Shown here piece after piece: positions 9,628 through 19,911 of a stretch of DNA of 55,515 nt. This DNA is from Fibrobacterota bacterium (GTDB taxonomy: Bacteria; Fibrobacterota; Fibrobacteria; UBA5070). A program made the position numbers and the translations under genes. The stretch is from positions 1 through 55,515 of the forward strand of contig JBDKGV010000001.1 in NCBI GenBank assembly GCA_039798005.1, given 5' to 3'. Positions within the stretch are counted from its first letter, which is position 1. Each line of letters begins with the position of its first letter. The notes beneath the pieces are model-generated. The model was not told the DNA's origin. It ran no database searches and saw nothing but the letters and a program-made list of their open reading frames with translations.

Positions 9628-10064
9628 TCCATTCTCTCCAGCTCCAACCCCATCCGGAGGGCGGCTGGTTTCGTGAAACGCACCGATCGGAGCACCCCGG
9701 TGCCGATGGACGCTGCGCTTCGACCTCCATCCTGTTCCTGCTGGAGCATCCCCATGTCTCGCACCTGCACCGGATCGATGCCGAGGAGCTTTGGTACTGG
9801 CATGCCGGCTCCTCACTGGATGTCCGGGTGATCCATCCCGACGGACGCTTCGAGACGCATCACTTGGGTCCCGATGGGGTCTTCCAAGCCGTCGTCCCCA
9901 AAGGAGCGTGGTTTGGTGCCGAACTTGCACGGCCCGGTGACTGGGCCTTGGTCGGATGCGCCGTGGCGCCGGGCTTCGAGTTTTCCGGTTTCGAACTGGG
10001 TGAACGCGATGCCTTGCTGGGACGATTCCCGGATCACCGGGAGATCATTGAGCGACTGACCTGA
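9606..10064 (+). CDS. Cupin-fold protein, DUF985-like
   Basis: MATTQDLIHSLQLQPHPEGGWFRETHRS...FLL...SHLHRIDAEELWYWHAG...GCAVAPGFEFSGFEL matches my memory of the DUF985/YML079w cupin family. It overlaps the methyltransferase gene by 22 nt. Confidence 0.7.
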   Translation: MATTQDLIHSLQLQPHPEGGWFRETHRSEHPGADGRCASTSILFLLEHPHVSHLHRIDAEELWYWHAGSSLDVRVIHPDGRFETHHLGPDGVFQAVVPKGAWFGAELARPGDWALVGCAVAPGFEFSGFELGERDALLGRFPDHREIIERLT

Positions 10065-10658
10065 TCAGGGCTTGAGGGTCAGGAGATTGCGGGCTCCGTC
10101 GAAGATCAATTGAGCCGCCAACGCGGAAAGCACAAGTCCCGTCAGCTTGCTCATGATCACGATGCCGCGATGCCGGATGAGCCTCTCGATGGGATCGGCA
10201 AGCAGGAGCAGGATCCCCACCGACAGGATGGCGCAGGAAAGTGCGCCAAGCGCCACGGCCTTCTGCGTGGCGGTCACCATTTCCGCACCCATGATCAGAA
10301 TGGCACCGGTGGTGGCCGGCCCCACCAGGATCGGGACCGCAAGCGGGACCACCGCGACATCCTCCTCCTTGCTTCCGAGCTGTTCACCACCCTTCACCAG
10401 GTTCACGGCCGAAAGGAAGAGCAGCGCGCCGGCCCCGACGCGGAAGGAATCGATGGTGATCCCGGCCACCCGAAAAATGGCGTTCCCGAGGAAGAAGAGG
10501 CACAGGCTCACCATGAAGACCGCTGCGGTCACCTTGAGCGCGAGATTCCTGCGCTCGCGCGCCGTATGGTCCGCCGTGTACAGGACGAACATGGACAGGG
10601 CGAAAAAGGGGGCGAGAAGCACGAAGAACTTGATCCAGGTATTGACAAAATCCGTCAT
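10065..10658 (-). CDS. MarC-family (UPF0056) integral membrane protein
   Basis: From MTDFVNTWIKFFVLLAPFF onward the protein is multi-TM, with a VPLAVPILVGPATTG motif typical of MarC/NAAT proteins. The start ATG overlaps the upstream stop (ATGA at 10655-10658). The longer listed ORF to 11024 is Arg/Gly-rich junk. Confidence 0.75.
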   Translation of the reverse strand: MTDFVNTWIKFFVLLAPFFALSMFVLYTADHTARERRNLALKVTAAVFMVSLCLFFLGNAIFRVAGITIDSFRVGAGALLFLSAVNLVKGGEQLGSKEEDVAVVPLAVPILVGPATTGAILIMGAEMVTATQKAVALGALSCAILSVGILLLLADPIERLIRHRGIVIMSKLTGLVLSALAAQLIFDGARNLLTLKP

Positions 10659-11617
10659 TTCACATCCCCCGTGAGCATCCAGCTCCAGACGTCCTCCAGC
10701 ACCGCGCTGCCGTCCGGCCAACGCGGCGTGCATACATCCAGAGCCAAGCAGTTGTGGCAGGGCGTCTTCGTCGATCCCTCCTGGGACGGATCGAAATCGG
10801 TCGACAGAAGCCGCGCCCCGCCCCAAGGGAAGGTTCCCGACTCCACCGAGGCTCGCAGCCCATCGCCGCAGAACCTCTCGGCGACCCGCGTGGCCATCCG
10901 GCACGGCACCATCTCGTCCCGCTCGTGCAGGAGCGCGAACCGACGCGTGACGGACGTGCGGGCATCGGCGAAGGAATCCACCCAATGGGCCAATTCCCCG
11001 GTTGAGCGCGACCAGTCCGCCCACCCCATCACCACGGCGCGATCCAGGGCATGGCGACTGGCGGCAAGCGCCGCGTAGCCGCCACCGAGAGAATGCCCGA
11101 TGGCCGCAATCTTGGGCCAGTGCAGCAGATCAGCGAGTCCGGCGCGAACCTGCCGATCGTCCAACCGTTCACGAAGAACGATTTCCGTCACGTATCCGTC
11201 CCAGCCCTGCTCGGGATACTGGAGCGCCAGCTTCCCCAGCGCCAGAACCAAGCGATCCAGGATGGCCTCGCCGGATTCCAGATCCACCATCCCGGTCCTG
11301 CAACCGCCGTCCCAGTGATCCAACCGCAGCGGAAGATGAAGCGCGAGGTCGTCTCCAGCCAACTGGTTGATGGAGGCGTCGTTGGGATAGCTCAGGACCA
11401 AGGCATGATAGCCAAGGGCCGCGGCATGATCGGCCATCGCCCGATAGTCGCGAGGCTTCCCGCCGGTCCCGGGAAACAGGAGCGCAAGCCGGCCACGCAC
11501 CCGGGATCCCGGGCTTGCGAAGTAGTGAGGGGAGACCCAACGCTTCGCATCGGATTCGCAGGCACGAGGCGACAGGAAGCCGGATGCGGCAAAATGGGCG
11601 GATTCGGAAATCGACAT
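10655..11617 (-). CDS. Alpha/beta-fold hydrolase
   Basis: Nucleophile elbow GHSLGG (IAAIGHSLGGGYAALAAS). Length is 320 aa. Translationally coupled to the MarC gene. Confidence 0.7.
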   Translation of the reverse strand: MSISESAHFAASGFLSPRACESDAKRWVSPHYFASPGSRVRGRLALLFPGTGGKPRDYRAMADHAAALGYHALVLSYPNDASINQLAGDDLALHLPLRLDHWDGGCRTGMVDLESGEAILDRLVLALGKLALQYPEQGWDGYVTEIVLRERLDDRQVRAGLADLLHWPKIAAIGHSLGGGYAALAASRHALDRAVVMGWADWSRSTGELAHWVDSFADARTSVTRRFALLHERDEMVPCRMATRVAERFCGDGLRASVESGTFPWGGARLLSTDFDPSQEGSTKTPCHNCLALDVCTPRWPDGSAVLEDVWSWMLTGDVK

Positions 11618-11738
11618 CGCCTCACCAATCTACATGGCAATCGCTCCCGGCATCAGGAATCGCAGTGGATCCCACCCGCCAAGCGCAGGCGAACTTGCTA
11701 GAATTCGTGAAACCGTTTTCCCACACCCGGAGCGCCCC

Positions 11739-13223
11739 GTGAAAGTTCCCTTCCTTGCCAAGAATCGCAAGCTCTTCTTCGGTCTTGGTGGCGGGCTTGC
11801 CGTCGCCGCCATCGGCATCTCCGTGTGGATGTTTCGGGGAAAACCGCCTGCGCCCTCGGCAATCCCTGCTGCGGTCAGCGACACCAGCAAGGTCGACGAT
11901 GCCATGGAAGCTTGGGTCTGGAGCGCCTTGAAAACCAGCGGATTCCCCACTGAGCACAAGGCTGCCAAGCTTGTGCGTTCCGGGAAATCCTGGGTTGCGG
12001 ATTTCCGAGGACTTCCCCTCTGGACCCTCCCTGAGGAGGATCATTCCGGTCAGATCGGGTACACCTTTCCCGACTCGATCCGCATCGACAGTGCCAGTCT
12101 GTGCACCGATCTCCCCCCGACGGTCAAGACATGGCTCGATCGGATGGTTCCGAACTGGAAAACCACCCAGAGATGCAAGGCAGGTGATCAGGAAGCCCGC
12201 CTGAACGAATGGCTGACCGAGACCTCGGGCAAGATCGTTCTGCGCAAGATCGGCAAGGATGCCCAAGGCCAGATCACCACGCTCCACCTGTCGTGCAAGG
12301 ATTCCAAGGTCGAGTTCCCTGTCGGACGCATCCTGCACCTGCGAGCCCTGCACGCACTGCAGCTGGACAACTGCGCCCTGGCCATGCGCGAAAAGGACGG
12401 AACGACCTGGTCGTCGGTGCAAAGCCTGCTCCAGCACAGTCCCGTGGTGACCCTGAGACTCACGAACGTCCACGCACGGCTTCTCAACCTTGCGGCGATG
12501 GAGCGGCTCGACACGCTGTCCGTCACAGGTGGGGACCTTTCTTGGCTTGAAATCCCGGACCGCTGTCCCATCGGCAAGGACGACTGCCCCCAAGAGGAGC
12601 ATCTCTTCCCGCGCAGCATGAGCTTCACCGGCATCCCCCTGTGCGATGTGGCGCTGGATTCCAACTTGAATGCCAAAGGCGCCGCTTTGCAGGGCATGAA
12701 ATGTGACGAATACCCCAAGGACGTCGCGACCCAGGCCGATGCCATCGCCGCGCAGTTCTTCGAGGAGGTCGGGAAGAACGGATACTTCCAGGTCAACGAC
12801 AACGCCAAGCCGTTGCGCAAGAAGCATCTCAAGTTCACCACAGGCAATGCGAAATGGAGCGGAGTGCGGCCGGGGGAATTCAGCTGCATGCGAGGGGACA
12901 GCTACCTCTCCGAGGTCGTGCGCCTCGGCGAGGATTGGATCTCGTACGGCAGGCGAGGCACGATCTTCACGGGTTCAAGCCAAAGTCTGGCGGACGACCT
13001 GCCCAATTTCGGCGCCGTCTTCACCGAGTTCGAGCCCCTGCTCCCGCAAGCCCTGGTGCGCACCGACCACTTCGCCGTCTGGGCCGACGAAGACGTGTTG
13101 CAGTTGATCATGCACATGGACGATTCGGGAAAACTCGATGCCCTCTGGTTTCCTTCGGGATGCTGGACCCAATCGTGGGTCTCCGAAGCGCGCACCAGCC
13201 ATCCCAACAACGAAGGAGATTGA
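11739..13223 (+). CDS. Hypothetical single-pass membrane protein with possible leucine-rich repeat segments
   Basis: The GTG at 11739 gives VKVPFLAKNRKLFFGLGGGLAVAAIGISVWMF (TM helix). LRR-like stretches include LHLRALHALQLDNCAL, VVTLRLTNVHARLLNLAAMERLDTLSV and GGDLSWLEI. Start is uncertain; the ORF is open from 11634. Confidence 0.5.
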   Translation: MKVPFLAKNRKLFFGLGGGLAVAAIGISVWMFRGKPPAPSAIPAAVSDTSKVDDAMEAWVWSALKTSGFPTEHKAAKLVRSGKSWVADFRGLPLWTLPEEDHSGQIGYTFPDSIRIDSASLCTDLPPTVKTWLDRMVPNWKTTQRCKAGDQEARLNEWLTETSGKIVLRKIGKDAQGQITTLHLSCKDSKVEFPVGRILHLRALHALQLDNCALAMREKDGTTWSSVQSLLQHSPVVTLRLTNVHARLLNLAAMERLDTLSVTGGDLSWLEIPDRCPIGKDDCPQEEHLFPRSMSFTGIPLCDVALDSNLNAKGAALQGMKCDEYPKDVATQADAIAAQFFEEVGKNGYFQVNDNAKPLRKKHLKFTTGNAKWSGVRPGEFSCMRGDSYLSEVVRLGEDWISYGRRGTIFTGSSQSLADDLPNFGAVFTEFEPLLPQALVRTDHFAVWADEDVLQLIMHMDDSGKLDALWFPSGCWTQSWVSEARTSHPNNEGD

Positions 13224-13226
13224 GCC

Positions 13227-14666
13227 TTGACCATGTCTGGCCCCATGCTCAAGCGCGGACTGTGGGTGATTGCCGCACTTGTGGTGATCGCAAGCCTCGT
13301 GCTTGGGCTTCGTCACCGGCCACAGGGTGCCCCCGAAGTCCTGACCCCGCAAGACAGCCTCCCGCTTGGCAGGAGACTGCTTCTGGATGCCGGCGTCAAG
13401 ACCACCGGCATCGAGATCGACCCGAAGGATTCCACCTTCATCTTCCTGCTCGATACGAATCAGGCGAATCAGGATTCACTGGTCCGATGGATGCACCGCA
13501 ACGATACGATCGCCATAGATTACACGGTTTTCCACGAGCTCGTGAAGGCGGTGGGCTGGCACCACGTCGAGCTTGCCGCCTACGTTCCCGCCTACATCAC
13601 GACCCGTGCGGACAATACCCGGGAGGCCGGACCCATCAGGAAATTCTCATGGATTTCGATTCGCTGCGACCGCGCCACATCCCGGATCATCGCCGCGAAG
13701 TTCCGGGATGTCTACGACATGGACGGACTGATCGATCCATCGCATTTCGAGGAGATCGATCGCAGCAAGGCGGGGTTGCGCACGGTACCGGCCCGTCCCT
13801 TCGCATTGTCCAGGTTTGATCCGACGCTTGCGCAATGGCTCAACGGATCCTTGGGATCCTCCCGCAAAGCCCTTTCCAAAGGCATGGACAGATCGGGCCT
13901 CACCCTGATCCTGGACACGGCATTTCCCCAAGCATGGGTCGACAGCCTGCGTGTCGGTGAAGGCATCGAGACGATCCGCAAGGCGCTGGGACCCGAATCC
14001 TTCATGCTGGACAATGCAGCCTTCTACAAGACACCGACCTTCTATCTGGGCATCGTACCCGATGGACGGATCTTGCTTCGCCCCGTTCGCGAAGTTCCGC
14101 AGGCCCGGCACCAGGACATGCTGCATCGCCTGCTCGTGGCCTTGCGCCGACGGGAGAGCACTGACACGATCGGCTTTGCCGATCAAACCGACACCTTGCG
14201 CAACGGTCAGATCGAGGTCGACGGCCCCGTCGGGCTGCGCGTGCAGCGCTTCCCGGACCGGGACTCCATCGTGATCTCGATCTTCAACAATTTCCCGGGC
14301 AAACTGGTCCATCCCGATCCCGTCCGCCGGCGGGTGCACCTGAACTACCGCAACAAGGACGGCGTCGCGGAACGGATGCTCCTGGACTTTGCCAATGCAA
14401 GAGTCTCGCACACCAACATCACCGTGGTTCATGAACGGTCCCCCACTGGAGCCTACACGCTTCGCTCCAATGGCCTCGAGGGATCCCGGCACCGGCTGGT
14501 GCTGCGGGACGAGAAGACCGGACGCCCCGACTGCCATCTGCGTTCCGGCATGTTGAACCTGACGTGGAAGACCGACGAGAGTTTCGAGGAATCGCACTGG
14601 ACCGGCAAGGAGTGGTCCAAGCCCCGCTTGGAAACCATCGAGCATCTTTACGAAAGGTGCGAGTAG
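13227..14666 (+). CDS. Hypothetical N-terminally membrane-anchored protein
   Basis: TM helix [18 protein letters not shown]. Composition is protein-like and no known motif was recognised. The TTG at 13227 lies 7 nt after aggaga; an alternative ATG is at 13233. The gene starts 4 nt after the upstream stop. Confidence 0.5.
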   Translation: MTMSGPMLKRGLWVIAALVVIASLVLGLRHRPQGAPEVLTPQDSLPLGRRLLLDAGVKTTGIEIDPKDSTFIFLLDTNQANQDSLVRWMHRNDTIAIDYTVFHELVKAVGWHHVELAAYVPAYITTRADNTREAGPIRKFSWISIRCDRATSRIIAAKFRDVYDMDGLIDPSHFEEIDRSKAGLRTVPARPFALSRFDPTLAQWLNGSLGSSRKALSKGMDRSGLTLILDTAFPQAWVDSLRVGEGIETIRKALGPESFMLDNAAFYKTPTFYLGIVPDGRILLRPVREVPQARHQDMLHRLLVALRRRESTDTIGFADQTDTLRNGQIEVDGPVGLRVQRFPDRDSIVISIFNNFPGKLVHPDPVRRRVHLNYRNKDGVAERMLLDFANARVSHTNITVVHERSPTGAYTLRSNGLEGSRHRLVLRDEKTGRPDCHLRSGMLNLTWKTDESFEESHWTGKEWSKPRLETIEHLYERCE

Positions 14667-14761
14667 CCCTTGCGCGGCGCGGACCGAATCCAGGATTGCC
14701 GCCATCAGTCCTGCGCCGAAGAATTAAATGGATGAGAAACCTTCCAGTCACGGAGCTACGA

Positions 14762-15961
14762 ATGAAGATCGGCACGCCTTTGTCTCCCACCGCCATTCGC
14801 GTCATGACCTTGGGCGCCGGAGAATTGGGCAAGGAAGTGATCATCGCCCTGCAGCGCTTGGGCTGCGAAGTGATCGCCGTCGATCGCTACCCGGATGCAC
14901 CGGGGCACCAGGTCGCCCATCGCGCCCATTGCATCGACATGACCGACGCCGAAGCCGTCCGCGCCTTGGTCCTCAAGGAGAAGCCACATTTCATCGTCCC
15001 CGAGATCGAGGCGATCGCCACCGAGGAACTGGGACGCATCGAGGCCGATGGCCTGTGCACCGTGATCCCCACCGCGCGCGCCACCCAGCTCACGATGAAC
15101 CGCGAGGGCATCCGTCGTCTGGCCGCCGAGGAGCTGGGCCTTGCCACATCGCCTTACGCCTTCGCAAGCTCGCTTGCCGAACTGCAATCCGCGATCGACG
15201 CGGGCATCGGCTACCCGTGCGTCATCAAGCCCGTGATGTCCTCCTCGGGCAAGGGTCAGTCGGTGGTCCGTTCCGCAAACGAGGTCGAAGCCGCTTGGGA
15301 CTACGCGGCGGCGGGTGGTCGCGTGAACTCGGGTCGCGTGATCGTGGAAGGCTTCGTCGATTTCGAGTACGAGATCACCTTGCTCACGGTGCGCGCCAAG
15401 GGTGCCTCGGGTGAGACCGAAACCTTCTTCTGCGAGCCGGTCGGCCACATCCAGAAGGACGGCGACTACGTGGAGAGCTGGCAACCCCAGCCGATGTCCC
15501 CGGCCGCCTTGGAGCGTTCCCGTGAGATCGCGGACAAGGTGACCACCGCCCTCGGAGGCCGCGGCCTCTTCGGCGTGGAACTCTTCGTGAAGGGGGACAT
15601 GGTGTGGTTCTCCGAGGTCAGCCCTCGTCCGCACGACACCGGACTTGTCACCCTCGGAACCCAGCGCCTCTCGGAATTCGAACTGCACGCCCGCGCCATT
15701 CTTGGGCTTCCCGTGGACACCACGCTTCGTCGGCCGGGTGCCAGCGCCGTGATCTACGGTGGCTTGGAAGCCGTCGGTATCGCCTTCGAAGGGGTGGACG
15801 AGGCGTTGCTTGTGCCCGAGTCCGACCTTCGCCTGTTCGGAAAGCCCGAATCCTTCCTCAAGCGCCGCATGGGCGTGGCCGTCTGCACCGCCGACGACAT
15901 CGGTACGGCCCGCACCAACGCCAAGGAATGCGCCAGCCGCGTGAAGCCCGTGAAGCGCTGA
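14762..15961 (+). CDS. purT: Formate-dependent phosphoribosylglycinamide formyltransferase (GAR transformylase 2)
   Basis: [43 protein letters not shown] is collinear with the E. coli PurT N-terminus. An ATP-grasp core follows, and the length (~399 aa) fits. Confidence 0.9.
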   Translation: MKIGTPLSPTAIRVMTLGAGELGKEVIIALQRLGCEVIAVDRYPDAPGHQVAHRAHCIDMTDAEAVRALVLKEKPHFIVPEIEAIATEELGRIEADGLCTVIPTARATQLTMNREGIRRLAAEELGLATSPYAFASSLAELQSAIDAGIGYPCVIKPVMSSSGKGQSVVRSANEVEAAWDYAAAGGRVNSGRVIVEGFVDFEYEITLLTVRAKGASGETETFFCEPVGHIQKDGDYVESWQPQPMSPAALERSREIADKVTTALGGRGLFGVELFVKGDMVWFSEVSPRPHDTGLVTLGTQRLSEFELHARAILGLPVDTTLRRPGASAVIYGGLEAVGIAFEGVDEALLVPESDLRLFGKPESFLKRRMGVAVCTADDIGTARTNAKECASRVKPVKR

Positions 15962-16074
15962 CTTCCCGCAAGCCCTTGGGCGGCCCCGCGCAACCGCACG
16001 GTCGGGCCCTCGTGAACCAAGCCCCGGAACGGGTCTTGGCCCTGTCGGGCTTCGGTCCCTGCCGCAAACGAGAC

Positions 16075-16103
16075 GGCCTCCCTGCCAACGGGAGGCCGTT
16101 TTC
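16075..16103 (+). terminator. Rho-independent terminator of purT
   Basis: ggcctccc (16075-16082) pairs with gggaggcc (16090-16097), followed by gttttcg. Confidence 0.65.
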
Positions 16104-16281
16104 GCAAGAGCGGCGTTTGCCAGACATTGATCCGATCTATCAAATTTCATGTCCACGCGTTTACCGCTACAATCGGGAAACTTCCGTATTTCCTGAAACA
16201 ACCTCGAGTTCAATTGACCTGAGATCCATATTTTGTTGAATTCTCCTCCGCAAGCCGCAATGCCAGGGTAGCTTCTCCTCC

Positions 16282-17136
16282 ATGGAGACGCTGCTTGCCA
16301 CCCAGGACTACCGCACTTGGCTCAAGGCGACCCTGTGCGCCCTGCGCAAGCGTCATCCGGCCCGGACAGGCCGCGCCTTGGCGATGCGTCTGGACATCGA
16401 CCCGGCCCATCTCTCCCGCGTCCTCCAAGGCAAGCGCCATTTGGCCGTGCGCCACATCCCTGGGCTTGCCGAATTCTTGGAACTGAACCCGGAATCGACG
16501 CGGATCCTCGAGACCCTCGTGCTCTACCAGACCGCCACCACTCCCGCCTTGAGCCACAAGTATTTCGTCGCGCTCCAGGAGATGCGCGGGGCCCACCACC
16601 GCACCCTGTCCGACGATTCCCACGCCTACTTCAGCCAGTGGATCCATCCCGTGATGCGCACGCTCCTGAGCCTTGTGGAGTTTCGCGGCACCAGTTGGCG
16701 ACGGCTGGCCAGCCTCTTTCGCGCACCCGTGACCCCGGAGGAGGCGCAGGCCTCGGTGGAGCTGCTGCTGCGCCTGAAGCTGATCGCCCCCGATGCGCGC
16801 GGGATCCTGCGAGCCATGCCCGGAACGCTCACCTCCGGCGAAGCCTGGATCTCCGAAGCCGTGCGCAAGTTCCAGAAGGACACGTTGCTTCTTTCCGCCG
16901 AGCTCTTCGACCGGATCCCGAAGGAGGAGCGCGACGTGTCCACGCTCACCATTCCCTCATCGCACGCGCGGCTTGGCGAACTGCGTGACAAGATCCGTCA
17001 TTTCCGTCAGGAGCTGATGGCCTGGGCCCGTGACCTCCCGGAGGAGGATTGCGTAATGCAACTCAATCTCCAGCTTTTCCCGGTGGCCGACGCGAGCCTT
17101 GCCCAGCGCCACCGTGCCCACGGAGCCGCGGAATGA
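16282..17136 (+). CDS. TIGR02147-like (DUF4423) conserved hypothetical protein, probable HTH at the N-terminus
   Basis: The N-terminus DYRTWLKATL...RTGRALAMRLDIDPAHLSRVLQGKRHL matches my recollection of the TIGR02147 paralogous family (Fibrobacter, Bdellovibrio, myxobacteria). Confidence 0.6.
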   Translation: METLLATQDYRTWLKATLCALRKRHPARTGRALAMRLDIDPAHLSRVLQGKRHLAVRHIPGLAEFLELNPESTRILETLVLYQTATTPALSHKYFVALQEMRGAHHRTLSDDSHAYFSQWIHPVMRTLLSLVEFRGTSWRRLASLFRAPVTPEEAQASVELLLRLKLIAPDARGILRAMPGTLTSGEAWISEAVRKFQKDTLLLSAELFDRIPKEERDVSTLTIPSSHARLGELRDKIRHFRQELMAWARDLPEEDCVMQLNLQLFPVADASLAQRHRAHGAAE

Positions 17137-17759
17137 ATCGAAAATACGTACTGCTTGCCGCCACGGCCCTGCTCTGCGGTTGCTCCACGACCGAGAGCCT
17201 GTCCGGCAAAGGGATCATCACCGAGACCACCAACGGCGTGTCGGTGCGTGGCCAAGTGGTCAGCGCCGACTCCGTCCCGCTTGTTGGCGGCAGCGTGCGT
17301 GCGGTGCTGGACGAAGACGTTCCCGAAAGCTGGAACGGGACATCCCGCGCGATCGCAAGCTTCGGAAGCGATGGTGGCTTCCTCCTCAAGGGTCTGGACA
17401 AGCCGCGGTTCATCCTGTTCGCCGAGGCGAAGAACGACCGAGGTCAACACCGCGCCGGCGTGGCAAGCTTGACCATTTCCGGCGACTCCACCCAGACCAT
17501 GCTCCCCTTCGTCGCGGCACCTGCATCCATCCTCCAAGGGCGCTATGCCGCCTACGACTCCGTCGCGGCGACCCTTGCCTCCGGCTGGCAACTGCGTGCC
17601 ACGGTGCGAGGATTGGGAATGTGGACCTTCCTCGACAGCACCGGGGGTTGGTCGTTCGACAGCGTCCCCGCCGGGAGCTACCACTTGCGGATTCAGAAGG
17701 TCGACGGCACTCCCACGCACGAAACGACCCTGATGGAATTCACCCAGTCGACCCCATGA
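17133..17759 (+). CDS. Lipoprotein with carboxypeptidase-regulatory-like beta-sandwich segments
   Basis: MNRKYVLLAATALLCGCSTT contains a lipobox. The ATGA overlap with the upstream stop suggests translational coupling. GSYHLRIQKVDG-type strands are present. Confidence 0.6.
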   Translation: MNRKYVLLAATALLCGCSTTESLSGKGIITETTNGVSVRGQVVSADSVPLVGGSVRAVLDEDVPESWNGTSRAIASFGSDGGFLLKGLDKPRFILFAEAKNDRGQHRAGVASLTISGDSTQTMLPFVAAPASILQGRYAAYDSVAATLASGWQLRATVRGLGMWTFLDSTGGWSFDSVPAGSYHLRIQKVDGTPTHETTLMEFTQSTP

Positions 17760-17766
17760 CCCCTAC

Positions 17767-19911
17767 TCAAGGCACGACGATGCGGACCGCCTGCCCAGAG
17801 GATTGACCTCCACGCAACTGGGCGAGATAGACGCCCTTGGCAAGCGCCCCCAGCCGCACCCAGTCGTTTCCATGAACCGCCCGGATCAGCGCACCGCGCA
17901 GGTCGCGCACATCCAACATGGAACCGACAGGAACCCGCACTTCCCAGCCATCGACACGGTGTCGGGTGGCAAGTCCTTGTGATGCTTGTTGAGCCTCCAC
18001 TCCGACCGCCTCCGAGCATTTGGCTCCGACCGGACACCAGCGGTATGCCATCACCTTCCCGAAGCCGTCCTCCTCCACGAACACGACCTTGTGGCCATCG
18101 GCTTGGGTCCGCACATTCACGCCGTAGAGCAAGTCCACGGCCCCGGCACGGAATCCGACCTCGGCACCGGGGACGATCCATCCGACCATCCTTCCACTGC
18201 GCGCCTCCTGCACGGAGATCTCGCCACGCACCCGCGCATCGCGTCCGTTGTCGAGGTAGGCCGTGTACACGTAGTCGGAATCGGCGGTGAAGCTCATGGG
18301 CAGGGTCATGGCGGCGGAATTCTGATCAAGACGGATCTCGGCTTCCCCCTTGTCATCATAACCAAGATCAATGGTCGCTGACAGATTCCTTCGCGCCGGA
18401 TCGCTCCAATGCTCGTAGCGAAGCACCTTGCGCAGGAAGTAGTTGCGCTGCACGCCCAGATACATCACGTCGGAGCCGGTCAGGTATTTCATCCGTCCCA
18501 CGAAACCGGAATCGGCCGGGAACGGGACATCCACATGGTTGGGCTTGGAGAGGTTCCAGTGCGGGACACCCCACTTGTCGAGACTGTCCAACCCGTAGCC
18601 CACAAGGCCACCGCCCTGGAACTGCACCGACCAATCCCCTTGGCCCCCGGTCCAGAGGGCGCCGTCCTCGCCCACTTCCAGCGACTGGGAGTAGATGTTG
18701 AAGTTGTCGTACAGCGCATACTCCGACTTCTGAGGGATGCCGTCCCCGTTGCGATCCATCCAAGCCCAGCGCACACGCTTGTTGGCTTCGTTGCGTTCGA
18801 AGGCCGGAGCGCTGTCGGCCATCCAAGCGACCTTCGCGTCGCGGAGGCAGATGAACCCGGCAGGCACCGCGATCTCGCTTCCTTCCACGAACCGGTGGAT
18901 CGCCAGAAAATCCCCGGTCATGCTCGTGGAAAACTGAAAGAGCTTGCCTTGGATCCGGCGCAGGAACACCGACTCCATCGGCTGCACGATGCGAGGATCC
19001 GAAGGGTAGCGGAACGGATCGAGGGTGGTGGCCGCAAGCTTCCAGCTCCTGCCGGGCGCCTGGCTCCAGTCCATCTCGAAGCGTTTGGCATTGAGGAACA
19101 CCGACTTGGCGTCGCTTGCGGGGTCGGCATCGGCCGAGTTGACGAACGACAAACCTTGCACCTGCCACAGGAGCGAGGAGTCCTTCCCCGAGAAGACCCG
19201 GATATCGGTGCCGCCCATGGTCTGCATCGGGATTCCCGTGTTGCCCACATAGACATTTCCTGTCGAATCCACCCCAAGCCCCCGGATCCCCCAGAAGCGC
19301 CGCGTGCCCGCCCGTCCCGACACAGGTCCGGCGAAGACCCCTCCCGAATCGCCGAAGGTCCGCAGCAGGCGGGGCTTGGGGGCATCCATCGCGAAGATCT
19401 TCACATTCTGGTCGGGGCCATTGTCGGCCACCAGCAGGTTCCCCGACCGATCGAAGGCCAAGGCCGTCGGATCGGTCACGGAACGCAGCGTATCGTGCCC
19501 GGTGCATGCCACGTAGGGCGCGGAGTCCCCCTTCGGCGGTGCGCTGTTGCGAAAGAGGAAGGCCCGTCCCCACAGGTTCCCGATCGTACATTTCTTCCCG
19601 CCGTACCAAGCGCGGTCGGAATGGATGGTGTCCCGCCACCATTCGGCCTTCCCGATCGAGGCCCCGTCCTTGTAGCCGCAATACCCGCAGTTTCCCTCGT
19701 CCCAGAAGGACGCCGTGATCGCAAGCGGCCCCGAGGCGTTGCTGCCCTGTGCCGGATAGTACACCACCATGTCGGTGAGGAAATTGGCGATGTGCCCCTC
19801 CGAGGTGCCGCTGGTGTTGGCCAACCAATGGCTTGCCACCCCGGGAATCGGCGCAGCGGCGGCGGCAAGCGGAAGGAGAGAGGAAAGCAGGGCGAAGGTA
19901 CGAAACTTCAT
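17767..19911 (-). CDS. Secreted beta-propeller (NHL-like repeat) protein with a T9SS-type C-terminal sorting domain
   Basis: Signal peptide MKFRTFALLSSLLPLAAAAAP. Repeats of the type DRSGNLLVADNG and VDSTGNVYVGNTG. C-terminal tail ...GVYLAQLRGGQSSGQAVRIVVP. Confidence 0.65.
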   Translation of the reverse strand: MKFRTFALLSSLLPLAAAAAPIPGVASHWLANTSGTSEGHIANFLTDMVVYYPAQGSNASGPLAITASFWDEGNCGYCGYKDGASIGKAEWWRDTIHSDRAWYGGKKCTIGNLWGRAFLFRNSAPPKGDSAPYVACTGHDTLRSVTDPTALAFDRSGNLLVADNGPDQNVKIFAMDAPKPRLLRTFGDSGGVFAGPVSGRAGTRRFWGIRGLGVDSTGNVYVGNTGIPMQTMGGTDIRVFSGKDSSLLWQVQGLSFVNSADADPASDAKSVFLNAKRFEMDWSQAPGRSWKLAATTLDPFRYPSDPRIVQPMESVFLRRIQGKLFQFSTSMTGDFLAIHRFVEGSEIAVPAGFICLRDAKVAWMADSAPAFERNEANKRVRWAWMDRNGDGIPQKSEYALYDNFNIYSQSLEVGEDGALWTGGQGDWSVQFQGGGLVGYGLDSLDKWGVPHWNLSKPNHVDVPFPADSGFVGRMKYLTGSDVMYLGVQRNYFLRKVLRYEHWSDPARRNLSATIDLGYDDKGEAEIRLDQNSAAMTLPMSFTADSDYVYTAYLDNGRDARVRGEISVQEARSGRMVGWIVPGAEVGFRAGAVDLLYGVNVRTQADGHKVVFVEEDGFGKVMAYRWCPVGAKCSEAVGVEAQQASQGLATRHRVDGWEVRVPVGSMLDVRDLRGALIRAVHGNDWVRLGALAKGVYLAQLRGGQSSGQAVRIVVP

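Noticed and set aside
17571-17600. Sigma54-like TGGCACgcagTTGC on the minus strand inside 17133..17759. Similar TGGCAC…TTGT strings occur at about 23205-23225 and 55118-55135.
   Set aside because: The first has N4 rather than N5 spacing. The others have TTGT instead of TTGC. All lie inside coding sequence and no gene start is appropriately placed downstream.
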